A stretch of 63,889 nt of DNA, filler included, from Octopus bimaculoides (lineage: Eukaryota), in NCBI RefSeq assembly GCF_001194135.2. It is 6 parts of 6 records of this genome, joined end to end, with 100 filler letters (N's around TTAATTAATTAA, not from the genome) between each part and the next. Parts side by side here need not be neighbours in the genome. Positions count along the whole stretch, not along the records: positions 1 to 6,122 come from NC_068992.1; positions 6,223 to 25,003 come from NC_068995.1; 4 more parts are not named here. One strand, 5' to 3'. How positions within the stretch are numbered: position 1 is the first letter of the stretch; each line of letters starts with the position of its first letter. A model generated the notes under the pieces. The model saw nothing but the letters and a program-made list of their open reading frames with translations, did not search any database and was not told the origin of the DNA. Positions 1 to 12,478 of the stretch are shown piece after piece. The translations under genes and the position numbers were made by a program.

Positions 1-49
<49 letters not shown>

Positions 50-67
50 ATATATATGTATATATGT

Positions 68-563
68 CATTATTCAGTTTACTTCAAGATTTCTTGCCAT
101 TAGAGAAAGAGCCGGTTTCTAACCTAGATCCAAGGCTCCTTCATTGGAATTTCAACATCAACAACAGGGTATTCTTGTATGTATGTATGTGTGCAGATTT
201 GTATGTTTTGCTTTATGTATGTATTCTCATACATATTGTTGCATGTCTGGACATTCTCTTACATACTTAAGTGATAAACATCTGGTAAGATTTACAGATT
301 TTTACAGTTCCAGTGATGGATTGGATCTATAGTCTTCGAATTAACTTTCTCTTTTCTGGTTTTGAGATTGGTACTTAGGCAGTGTGTTACATATCCCAGG
401 GACCCAGTACTTATAGGTTTATACCCGAACCCAATAATTACAGGTTTACACCTGAATTTGTAATCTGGATTGAGTAACTGCAGATTTCTCAATCGTTCAG
501 CATAGTTGTTCTCTTTTTCGCTGATCTTCAGCTTTATGTTAACATCCGATGGGTAGCTAATTT
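68..563 (-). mobile_element. 3' end of a 5'-truncated RLE-type (R4/Dong-like) non-LTR retrotransposon: endonuclease C-terminus plus 3' UTR, flanked by CATA/TACA-type microsatellite
   Basis: The minus strand reads ISYPSDVNIKLKISEKENNYAERLRNLQLLNPDYKFRCKPVII..GSLGYVTHCL and, after a frameshift, L*IQSITGTVKICKSYQMFIT*. This matches the PD..EK..Y / IIG.LG / GT..I pattern of restriction-like endonuclease C-termini. The 3' UTR ends in ...CTGAATAATGA followed by a CATA/CA tail, and the 5' break abuts (ATGT)n at 566. Confidence 0.7.
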
Positions 564-565
564 AG

Positions 566-630
566 ATGTATGTATGTATGTATGTATGTATGTATGTATG
601 TATGTATGTATGTGTGTGTGTGTATGTATG

Positions 631-664
<34 letters not shown>

Positions 665-680
665 TGCATGCATGTATGTA
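566..680. repeat. (ATGT)n microsatellite
   Basis: Direct reading of the sequence. Confidence 0.95.
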
Positions 681-1191
681 TTCTCGTTATTTTCGCCATC
701 TGCAGTACTCTCGTATCAGTCACATGAGATTGCCGAGAGATCTTCAAGATATTACAAAAAACATCACTGTTGTAATCGCTCTTGACGTTGCATATACCAA
801 GTTAGAAGATCTGGTCATCTTACCCGTTTAGAGACACACTCCCCCTTGCCAAAACAGGTGTTGAATGGTCAGCTGACGCAATGGAAACGTCCCCAGTTCA
901 GCCATAAAAGCTTTTCAAAAATAATCTTAAGCACATCAGTAAAAAAATGAATATCTACACCTGAGAAGATCTTGTATCAGATAAGGACTTGTGGTGGATT
1001 GTGACTGGTATTGTGTTAGAGAATTCAAGAACAACAGGGTTGCATACTCTGAGATGAAATGTGCTGGTAAATATATGCAGAGTGTGAACCTTCTCTATGA
1101 GAAAGGCACGATAGGGTCTCTTTTGCTTGACCAGTATGATCGTGTCTGCTTTCCAAAGGTAGATCTACTCAGCCACAAGCGTGGTCACTGA
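681..1191 (+). mobile_element. Degraded RTE-clade (BovB-like) LINE, 3' part of the RT ORF
   Basis: Frameshifted plus-strand translation gives RRSGHLTRLETHSPLPKQVLNGQLTQWKRPQ (cf. LRW.GH..RM...RLPK..L.G.L..GKR), then *EDLVSDKDLW (cf. WE.LA.DR..W), and terminal DRVCFPKVDLLSHKRGH* (cf. C.R.C.SR.GL.SH.R). Confidence 0.65.
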
Positions 1192-1389
1192 GGTACCCAC
1201 CTCAACCAATACCTTACCCAGGATGTTCTTTCGCACCCCTTGTATAGTAGAGTCTATGGGTTGGTTGTAGGCCCCAAAATGCAGATGCTTGGACTGTTGG
1301 TGGAAGGCTGATTTGTGGTTCAAGAGGAACGGATCCTTGCAGGCCGTAGGACTCTTATGAAACGTCATCGGTGATGCAGGGATCTAATC

Positions 1390-1577
1390 GGCGTGTTAGC
1401 AGAAATGCTTAGCGGTATTTCGTCTGTCTTTAAGTTCTGAGTTCAAATTCCGCCGAGGTCGACTTTGCCTTTCATCCTTTCGGGGTCGATACGTTAAGTA
1501 CCAGTTGCGTACTGCAGTCGATCTAATCGACTGGCCCCCTCCCCCAAAATTTCGGGCCTTGTGCCTTGAGTAGGAAA
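1390..1577 (+). mobile_element. tRNA-derived SINE, family A
   Basis: B-box-like GAGTTCAAATTCC and central block GTCGACTTTGCCTTTCATCCTTTCGGGGTCGATA..TAAGTACCAG, shared with more than 10 copies in the window. The block resembles the MetaSINE central domain (recalled similarity, unverified). Confidence 0.85.
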
Positions 1578-1582
1578 AAAAT

Positions 1583-1793
1583 TCTTTTTTTCTATAGGCA
1601 CAAGGGCAGTAATTTCGAGGAAGGGTGTTAAGTCGATCAGATAGACCCCAGTACGCAACTGGTACTTATTTCATTGACGCTGAAAAGGTGAATGGCAAAG
1701 TCAACCTCGGCGGAATTTGAACTTGGAGCGTAAAGATGGACGAAATGCCGCTAAGCATTTTGTCCGATGCTCTAACGATTCCGCCAACACGCC
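1583..1793 (-). mobile_element. SINE family A, tail-to-tail with the previous copy
   Basis: Reverse complement of the same head, B box and central block; A-rich tail at 1583-1592. Confidence 0.85.
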
Positions 1794-2228
1794 AATAATA
1801 ATAATAATAATAATAATAATTGTCTTGGTATAAAAGATGTGCTACAGCAAATATTCTGCTCAATACCACAAATTTGCTTGTCAGTTGTTTGACCTTAACC
1901 AGTTGAGTATGTCTCTTGGTGGCTGACGATATGTGCATCTCTGATCACGAGCAGAAGTAGTGGGGGAGCATCACAGCCATGTGTTGAGAGGAATTCTGTG
2001 GGGTTTGGGTTATTTCACCTCTGGAAACATGGGTGTTTTTTCAACATCCTTAAACAACCCTTATTCAGGGACCTTTTGAGCGGGATGGGCCACTCGACTT
2101 GAAGAAAATTCTCTCTGGGTCCCACTTGCAAGGTCATGCACTGTTTATCTTGATATGAGATCATCATGTTGCACACATATGGTTGTGATGCATGTGCCTG
2201 GTGTACCCTTATCAGACGGGTTGTCATA
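1794..2228 (-). repeat. Unclassified probable interspersed element ending in a (TAA)n tail
   Basis: About 410 bp of mixed-composition sequence ending, on the minus strand, in (TAA)n at 1794-1821. Only one copy is in the window, so the classification is weak. Confidence 0.35.
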
Positions 2229-2289
2229 ATGGGTATACTGGGCTTCGAATTTTTAACAGTTTAGAATTTTGAACGAGAGGTTTAGTCGG

Positions 2290-2460
2290 AAACACCGGCC
2301 CCAGCATTTTACCATTTCTTTGTTTTATTGTTGACAGGTGGGGCGAAACGCAAAGTCGACTTCGGTGGGAGTTGAACTCAAAATGTAACCAGCCGAAATT
2401 AACACTGCAGTGCATTTTGACTGATGACCCTAAAGATTCTGCTAATCTACGTTGGTACCA
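2290..2460 (-). mobile_element. Degenerate SINE family A
   Basis: GCAAAGTCGACTTCGGTGGGAGTTGAACTCA matches the family A B-box/central junction. Confidence 0.6.
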
Positions 2461-2609
2461 TGCCACCCGTTTGTGGGGGTGGGGTCTGTATTATGAACTA
2501 AGTGAATAGCTCTTAACCGGGGACCATGTTACCCTAGTGGGATCCATTTAAGATTTCGTTGCTAAAACTTGTGTATAAAACTGGTTGTAATTCCGCAACA
2601 CAAAATGTT

Positions 2610-2820
2610 CTTTTCCACACTAGGCACAAGGCACAAAATTTGGGGGGAGGGGCCAGTCGATTAGATCGACCCAGTACCCAACTGGTGCTTACTTTATCGA
2701 CCCCGATAGGATGAAAGGTAAAGTCAACCTCAGCAGAATTTGAACTCAGAACGTAAAGGCAGACGAAATACCGCTAAGCATTTCGCCCGGCGCGCTAACG
2801 TTTCTGCCAGCTCGCCGCCT
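2610..2820 (-). mobile_element. SINE family A, near full length
   Basis: Reverse complement reads GGCGAGCTGGCAGAAACGTTAGC...GAGTTCAAATTC...TTTCATCC..GGGGTCGATAAA...GTGCCTAG; highly similar to 1409-1570. Confidence 0.9.
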
Positions 2821-2949
2821 AACAACACAAAATATATTAACAGTATATTTTAATACAATTCCTAATGATTTATATTTAATTATAAATAATATAATCAGCC
2901 CTTTTTTTTTTAAACATCGAATGGTTATGAGGGTCCAGTGGAGTAGAAT

Positions 2950-3120
2950 GAGAATCAAGATGTTCCATAGGCAAAAAATGGTTACGAACCACTGGATCAA
3001 ACATTCGACTGGTACTTTACTGATCGAAGAAGGTTGAAAGGTGAAGTCTACTTCAACAGGATGTGAACTCAGGAACTGAAAAATTAGCCTTACCAAACTA
3101 CAGCACCAGCATTTAATCGT
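2950..3120 (-). mobile_element. Degenerate SINE family A
   Basis: ACTGGTACTTTACTGATCGAAGAAGGTTGAAAGGTGAAGTCTACTTC...TGTGAACTCAG matches the central block. Confidence 0.5.
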
Positions 3121-3354
3121 CTGTCGATTCTCTGTCATCCACCGTTTTTCATCCTAAGAAACGGTCGAATATTAAAAACCTCTAATAGATATTGCGAGTG
3201 ACAAAGTTCACGGCCCAGCAGGCGGGGTTGCCATTTTCGTGGAAATTAACAAAAACCTATATGGCCCCATAAAGCCGAAGAATTCCTCGTTTTATTGTGA
3301 CATTCGGGAAATTAGTAAACACAATTCTCTCAACGAACCAACAAGATCATTTAT

Positions 3355-3355
3355 C

Positions 3356-3397
<42 letters not shown>

Positions 3398-3558
3398 ATG
3401 CTGATTTGGATTGTTGTTATTTCATGTTCACCTTTCGGGAGACATTAAGGTGGGTGGTGCTAAGTAATGATATTGTGACGCGTGACTCCAGTACGGCTCA
3501 ATCGTTGGTAGTTTTGACCCTCTTTCATTATGACCAGATGCCAATCAACATTAATTGC

Positions 3559-3627
<69 letters not shown>

Positions 3628-3782
3628 GTAGTAGTAGTAGTAGTAGTTGTTGTTGTTGTTGTTGTTGTTGTAATGAAGTTCAGTAATTGTCTACGGATTG
3701 GAGATGAAAATAAAAATAAAATGTTACTCTGGTGACATAATACGACGACGTTGCAAATATTATGACCAACAGATTCAGCAGT

Positions 3783-3850
<68 letters not shown>

Positions 3851-4215
3851 CAGTAGGAGGAGGAAGAGGAGGAGGAGGAGGAAGAGGAGGAGGAGGAGGG
3901 GGAAGAGGAAACACTCAGGCTGGAGAGCTAATCAAGGGACGAAATTATAAAACACTGGTACTAATGATGGTGATGATGGTGACGATGATAGTGATGATGA
4001 TGACGGTCATCATCATCATTATCATTGTCATCATCATTATCATCATCATTATCATCATCATCATTATCATCATCATCATCATCATCATCATCATCGTCGT
4101 CGTCGTCATCGTCATCATCATCACTGTCGTCGAGGTGTTGGCGACGATCGTTCAGGCCACCACAAGAACAATAAACGTGGCGATGATGGTGATGAATAAT
4201 AATAATAAGAAGAAA
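3355..4215. repeat. Compound trinucleotide microsatellite region: (CTA)n, (ATA)n, (GTA)n, (GTT)n, (GCA)n, (GGA)n, (ATC)n
   Basis: Direct reading; explains the homopolymeric ORFs in the track. Confidence 0.95.
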
Positions 4216-5747
4216 AAGAATATTATTACGATGATAGATGTTTGCTGGACTCCACCTCTGAGATTTAAATATCCCATCACACCCATCCCCCTACACTGCA
4301 CTTAGGACAAAAAATCCCACAATGAAAGTTTGACCTTAAGGCCCATTGCCTAATTGGTCTGCTTCACCTGACCAATTGATGATGAAGTCATTTTAATCCA
4401 CCAAAGAGTCTACGAAAACCCCAAACCCCACCCCACAGCCACCATCCACAACAATATTTATTTCTTCCCTTCCTTATTCAGATTTATCTATCTTTCGATA
4501 CGCCTGTCTGTCTGTCTGTCTGTCTGCAGTCTATCTATCTATCTGTCCATCTATCTATCCATTTATCTATCTATTATCCATTTATCTATCTATTTATCCG
4601 TCTGTCTGTCTGTCTGCTTATCTGTATCAATCTGTCTATTTCTCTTCTCTAAATCTCTCTCTCTTTCTCCCTCTCCCTTCCTCTCTCTCTCTCTCTCTCT
4701 CTCTATTTATCTATCTATCTATCGATTTATCTACCTATTTATATCAATCTATCTGTTTAACTGGTTGTCTATTTATCAATTTATGTNNNNNNNNNNNNNN
4801 NNNNNNNNNNNNNNNNNNNNNNNNNNNNNNNNNNNNNNNNNNNNNNNNNNNNNNNNNNNNNNNNNNNNNNNNNNNNNNNNNNNNNNNNNNNNNNNNNNNN
4901 NNNNNNNNNNNNNNNNNNNNNNNNNNNNNNNNNNNNNNNNNNNNNNNNNNNNNNNNNNNNNNNNNNNNNNNNNNNNNNNNNNNNNNNNNNNNNNNNNNNN
5001 NNNNNNNNNNNNNNNNNNNNNNNNNNNNNNNNNNNNNNNNNNNNNNNNNNNNNNNNNNNNNNNNNNNNNNNNNNNNNNNNNNNNNNNNNNNNNNNNNNNN
5101 NNNNNNNNNNNNNNNNNNNNNNNNNNNNNNNNNNNNNNNNNNNNNNNNNNNNNNNNNNNNNNNNNNNNNNNNNNNNNNNNNNNNNNNNNNNNNNNNNNNN
5201 NNNNNNNNNNNNNNNNNNNNNNNNNNNNNNNNNNNNNNNNNNNNNNNNNNNNNNNNNNNNNNNNNNNNNNNNNNNNNNNNNNNNNNNNNNNNNNNNNNNN
5301 NNNNNNNNNNNNNNNNNNNNNNNNNNNNNNNNNNNNNNNNNNNNNNNNNNNNNNNNNNNNNNNNNNNNNNNNNNNNNNNNNNNNNNNNNNNNNNNNNNNN
5401 NNNNNNNNNNNNNNNNNNNNNNNNNNNNNNNNNNNNNNNNNNNNNNNNNNNNNNNNNNNNNNNNNNNNNNNNNNNNNNNNNNNNNNNNNNNNNNNNNNNN
5501 NNNNNNNNNNNNNNNNNNNNNNNNNNNNNNNNNNNNNNNNNNNNNNNNNNNNNNNNNNNNNNNNNNNNNNNNNNNNNNNNNNNNNNNNNNNNNNNNNNNN
5601 NNNNNNNNNNNNNNNNNNNNNNNNNNNNNNNNNNNNNNNNNNNNNNNNNNNNNNNNNNNNNNNNNNNNNNNNNNNNNNNNNNNNNNNNNNNNNNNNNNNN
5701 NNNNNNNNNNNNNNNNNNNNNNNNNNNNNNNNNNNNNNNNNNNNNNN

Positions 5748-5838
5748 CCAGCGCCATCGCCAGCGCCATCGCCAGCGCCATCGCCAGCGCCATCGCCAGC
5801 GCCATCGCCAGCGCCATCGCCAGCGCCATCGCCAGCGC
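5748..5838. repeat. GC-rich 12-bp tandem repeat (CCAGCGCCATCG)n, about 7.5 copies, running into a gap
   Basis: Direct reading; abuts the N run 4787-5747. Confidence 0.9.
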
Positions 5839-6087
5839 TTACGTCAACATCAAGGCCGCCACCGTTCAGTGTACGTATGCATATGCATGTGTGTATGTAT
5901 GTATGTATGTATGTATGTATGTATGTATGTATGCGTGCGTCCATGTTAGTTTTTCTGTCAACCAGAAGTGGACAACTCATTTTCCCTTGTGTTATTCTCA
6001 TATGTATACACATACACACATTCACATATATATGATATATACGATACACACACACACACACATATGTATCATATATGTATGTGTATG

Positions 6088-6122
<35 letters not shown>

Positions 6123-6166
6123 NNNNNNNNNNNNNNNNNNNNNNNNNNNNNNNNNNNNNNNNNNNN

Positions 6167-6178
6167 TTAATTAATTAA
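6167..6178. other. Artificial scaffolding spacer TTAATTAATTAA (44 N + 12 nt + 44 N); also at 25048-25059, 47336-47347, 60730-60741 and 62704-62715
   Basis: The identical 12-mer is centred in five 100-nt gaps and has stop codons in all six frames. Confidence 0.95.
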
Positions 6179-6222
6179 NNNNNNNNNNNNNNNNNNNNNN
6201 NNNNNNNNNNNNNNNNNNNNNN

Positions 6223-6270
<48 letters not shown>

Positions 6271-6799
6271 GTGCGTGTGTGTGTACATATATGTATGTAT
6301 ATATTGTTTATATATATATGTGTGTGTATATCTATGTACACATACATGTACGGTATATATATTTCAATAGAAAACTCATAAATTAAAAGTTATATAATAA
6401 CATTTACATTTTAATATATTATACAATCAACTGTTACAGTAATTCAAAATGTTCCTCACACGCATGGTTTCGATTCGAAGCGGTTTAAACATTCTATATT
6501 GTTCATATGTATATGTTATATTTAACCCACACACAAACACATATGTATATTATATACATATATATATACATGCACAAATCATAGACACTTACAAATATAA
6601 ATAAGTATATATGTATGAACACATTAAATGTATATTATAATTGTGTACATAAACATAAAACATATGCGTAAGTGGGTGTGTATGAGGCTCGAAACAGTAA
6701 AGACTTTTTCACTTCCCGAGCGTTAAACTAATACATCTGATCGATTGTTGTCTACAGCACGTGTCTTCGTCTTTTGTGTCTTTTCTTTTTATGAATTCT

Positions 6800-6839
<40 letters not shown>

Positions 6840-6859
6840 CATATATCATATCGGTTTCA

Positions 6860-7060
6860 AGTGTCGGCACAAGGCCAGCAATTTCGGGTGAAAAGAGTAT
6901 GCAGACTATACCGGCCACACCATTTGCATTGAACTGGTAAATTTATTTTATCGACCCCGAAAGGATGATGAGCATATTCGATCCCCGCAACATTTGAACT
7001 TATATACTACGACGTACAGTCGGAAGAAATGTCCCTAAGCACTTTTCCCCAGCACACCGC
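6860..7060 (-). mobile_element. Degenerate SINE family A
   Basis: GGCACAAGGCCAGCAATTT...ACTGGTAAATTTATTTTATCGACCCCGAAAGGATGA...ATTTGAACT. Confidence 0.7.
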
Positions 7061-7238
7061 CTTTTCACACATATACTCACATGTACATACTTGTTGTATA
7101 TGAATATATATATATATACACAGAATATATATATATATGTATGTATATAACATGTATGTATGTAGATAATATACATATATATATATATGGTATGTCTATG
7201 TGTGTGTGCATATGTAAATATATATGTGTGTGAGTGTG

Positions 7239-7272
<34 letters not shown>

Positions 7273-8453
7273 AGCAATTATAGACAAGAAAATCTACCTA
7301 CGTATACAAGAACATTGCAAGTAGAAAAACACCACTCAAAACCTGCAACTAATAATACATGTATATATACTATATTAGTGTGTGTGTGGAGAGGGGTGTA
7401 AATATATATGCGTATGTGTGATATCTGTATGTATGTATATATATATATATTATTAAATACATATGTATATATTATTGATGTGTGTGTGTATGTGTGTGGC
7501 TGAGTGGTTGGAATATATTATATATATATCTATATTTATGTATTAACACCCACTTTTCTCCTTGGAGAGTGTATATGGTCTAATATTTTAACTATTTTAT
7601 TTAGCCAATTTACAAGTTGCTTTAAAATCATAATTATACATTCATATATAAACATATATATACATATACATATATGTATATATATGCATAGATATATACA
7701 TACACTACATATTACATTACATATATGTATATATACATGTATATATATATATATGCATATATACATACACTACATATACATTATATATGTTTATATATGT
7801 GTATATACATATATATACATATATATATAGATAAAGATACACTACATGTATATTATATGTAGTATATACATATATATATTTACATTATATATATATATAC
7901 TACATAATATATATACATATTACGTTATATATATATATATATATATATACATGACAGTATATATTATATAATATATATATATATATATATACATGTGCTG
8001 GGACAATGAATGCAACACCAAGCACTTTGAGGAATCTAACAACGAAGCCTCTAGTTTAAGAGTCAATAAATGTTCAATAGATCAGATATATTGAACATTT
8101 TTCAATATATTTTTTTCTGTTTGCAATGGTGAAATGAACTTTGTTTGTTTTGAAAGAAAAAACAACTTAAAAACATTGTAATAAAACATTGACAGGAGGC
8201 TGGCATTGCACATGACAAGAATACACAATATATAAACAACATAAAGGGGATTTGAAATTTACCGTATATATACATACATACAAAATATGTCTGTATAGGA
8301 CTCGTAGACGGGTGTGTGTGTGCGTGTGTGCGTGTGTTTGTAGTAGTGTGAGCGCTTGTCCAGGAAACTAAAGTTTATATTCACGTACATACACACAACA
8401 CAAGCATGTTTGTGTATATATAAGTATACGTGCATCTCCGAGTGTGCGTGTGC

Positions 8454-8497
<44 letters not shown>

Positions 8498-9382
8498 AAA
8501 TACAAAATGGGACAAGAACGCAAAACATTGAGACAGTTAGGTGATACAAGAATGGGACAACAAAACATCCAGATAGATGATGCAAAGAAAACAAGGACAA
8601 GTCATTCGGAGTTTTCTTTTCTCAGTTGAGTACGTGTGTGCGTGTGTGTTTGTGTGTGCGTGTGTGTTTGTGTGAACGTAGGTACATATGTATATACTGT
8701 GTGTATGCATTTATATATATATATATACATATATGTGATGTATATTTACATAAACATCTATGTATGTGGTCGTGTATGTAAAATTTTGGTAGCTTAAAAT
8801 TTGACATATTTTACGGAAACGAATAAGGTTTCTGACAACAAAAAACGGGCGTGTTTATTGCAATTGTCACTGTATCTACACGTAAAAAAGGTGTATATAA
8901 TGATGATAAACAAGCTAGTCTCATAGGAAAAAAAATGAACTTGGATGCGTGTAATGTATGCTTATGTCTGCTTTGAGCAGGATGTTAAATTAAAATCTGA
9001 CAGCCAGAAAACCAGCCACAAGCTAATTCATTCCCTAACAACATTTTCGAGAAGACCACCAATTAATTCTTAGAAACAAATTCTTTTCGGATAATAATGA
9101 GGTTATTACCGTGCTTGTTGTTTTGTTATAATTAGTGTTTTATATATACAAAATACCAAATTATTATTATTATTATTATTGTTAGTATTATTACTATTAT
9201 TATTGTTATTATTATTATTATTATCATTATTATTATTATTGTTGGTGTTGTTATTATTATTATTATTATTATTTTGCGTATTGTATAACGCGACAACGGA
9301 CATACTTGGCAAATAACATTTGCGTTTTTATATAAGTATGTGTGTGTGTGTGTGGGTGTATGTATGTGTGTGTGTGTATGCA

Positions 9383-9419
<37 letters not shown>

Positions 9420-9665
9420 CGTGGACGCATTTATATGTATACTTACATTCTTACAGATGTATATTATTATGAATTCATAAATTCATATGCAAATATACCT
9501 ACTCACCTATCCTACATGCATATCTGTATATGCATATGCATACATGCATGCATACATACATACATACATACATACATACATACATACACGCNNNNNNNNN
9601 NTTTTTTAGTATGTTTCAGTGAAGTTCTTTTCTTTTCCATACAAACACGCGCGCGCGGGTCATAC

Positions 9666-9704
<39 letters not shown>

Positions 9705-10044
9705 CATCTGTTTGCTTGTGTGTGTATGTAGCATGTGTGTGTGTGTAAATACAAAATGATTTAGTACCTGATCATACATACGAATAACATATACAATGTT
9801 TACATCAGGATGAAGAACGGGTATATATATTACACATACATATTTACACACACACACACATAGATATATATATATATACACACACAAAGTGCACACGCGT
9901 ATGTGTATGTATATATGTGTGTGTGTGTATATATATATATATGCGTGTATATTACATGTGAGTCATTTTTGTTTGTTTTGTTTTTGTTTTTTTGTGTTTT
10001 TTTTTTTTTGTCATACAAAGCACCTGTAAAAATAGAAATGTTTA

Positions 10045-10599
<555 letters not shown>

Positions 10600-11105
10600 T
10601 CAGTATTAAAAAAAAAAGGGACTAAAAAAAAAAAAAGGATTTTGAAATAAAACACCGGCACCAACTAACCCCTTTTTTTTCTTTTGGTAAAGAAAAAAAA
10701 AATTAGGGGTCAGATGACTGATGGGAGGGTTTTAAAAGAAAAGGGAAATGAAGGGAGCAAGACGCGTGATGGGTGGGTTTGCTTGGTTGCGTAATAAAGA
10801 AAAAAAAGGGGGAAAAAGGATAGAATTTGGTTTGAGATAAATATTTCGATGAAGAACCAACCTCTGTGAGCTTATATATACACACACACATGTGGATATA
10901 TAAATATATTATATATATATTATATCAAAGTATATACATAGAGATATGTATATATATATATATAAATATCGATCTACACACATACATACATATAAATGTA
11001 TGTATGTATGTAGATATATGTATATATATATATGAATATCTATCTATTGATATATATAGATAGCGAGAAGTTATTTCGTGAACATTGGCAAATCATTAGA
11101 AGAAA

Positions 11106-11166
<61 letters not shown>

Positions 11167-11212
11167 CACGTATATATGTTGTTATTCAAGGGATACGATG
11201 TTCGGATATGTG

Positions 11213-11250
<38 letters not shown>

Positions 11251-12121
11251 CTTATATATATATATAATATATTATATATGTGTGTGTCGATCGTAAAGAT
11301 CGTTGTGTATATATAAAATATCACCTATTTATGAAGATATAGTTGTAGTGTGTGTCACTGCCAAACATGTTACGTATATATATGTGTGTGTACAATAAAC
11401 TATATCATTATTATAAAATACATATATATATATACATTAAATATACGTATGTAAATATGTGTGTGTTTGTTATATTGTATGAATGATTGGTGTAGTGAAG
11501 AAGAAGAAGAAGAAATCCGAAGAAAAGAGAGAAAAAAAGAAGACGAAACTCTTAGTAATTAAGCCCAGACGGTATACAAAGGTCTTGGTAAATGGTTCAC
11601 GTTCGGTGTCAAATAGCCAAAACGAGGTGAGCCGAGTTGAAGCGGTAATAAGAAACAATGTCAGAGGCGTACTTGCAGAGGGGAGAAGGTAGAATATCGG
11701 CTCGACCCTTATTTCTCTTCTCTTTTTCTTCTTCTTCTTCTTCTTCACCTAACCCTCCCCCTTTCTCTTTCACTCTCTCCTCCTCCTCGCTTTTTTCTCC
11801 CCCTTCTACGTCTGAGAACGCCTAATGCGTTCTTTTTTCCCTCCCTCTTCTTACTCTCTCGTTCTTCCGAGATAATTTATCTTGCACTCTCTTTCTCTCT
11901 CTATTTCTTTAGCTCTCGCTTTTTCTTTCTCTCTCTATCGCTGTTCTTATATTTACACTTGCACACACACGCGCCCGCGCTTATCACAGATACACAAGTA
12001 GCATCTACTGCACGTATAGATGTCGATAAAAGTACCATACACACATATATATAGACCTATATATAATATATATATATATATCTATATAAACACCTATATA
12101 CCACCTAAACACACAAGCATA

Positions 12122-12155
<34 letters not shown>

Positions 12156-12303
12156 TTAAATATCTATATATAAATATATATGTATATTTTACAGTATATT
12201 TATATATATGTGTGTGTGTATATAATATCTACGACATAACTGTCAATAGATAAATTTTCTTTTGTGATTTAAAACAGACATTTGACAAGTAGGTGTGTGT
12301 GTG

Positions 12304-12348
<45 letters not shown>

Positions 12349-12438
12349 GTATATATGTGTGTGTATTTATGTGGGTGAGTGGATGGTTTTATATATTAAA
12401 ACGATAAACTACCCGGATTCATCGAAGTAAGAAACATG

Positions 12439-12478
<40 letters not shown>

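Noticed and set aside
6167-6178. Recurrent TTAATTAATTAA as a homeodomain or regulatory palindrome
   Set aside because: It is always centred in an exact 44N-12-44N gap, so it is a scaffolding spacer.
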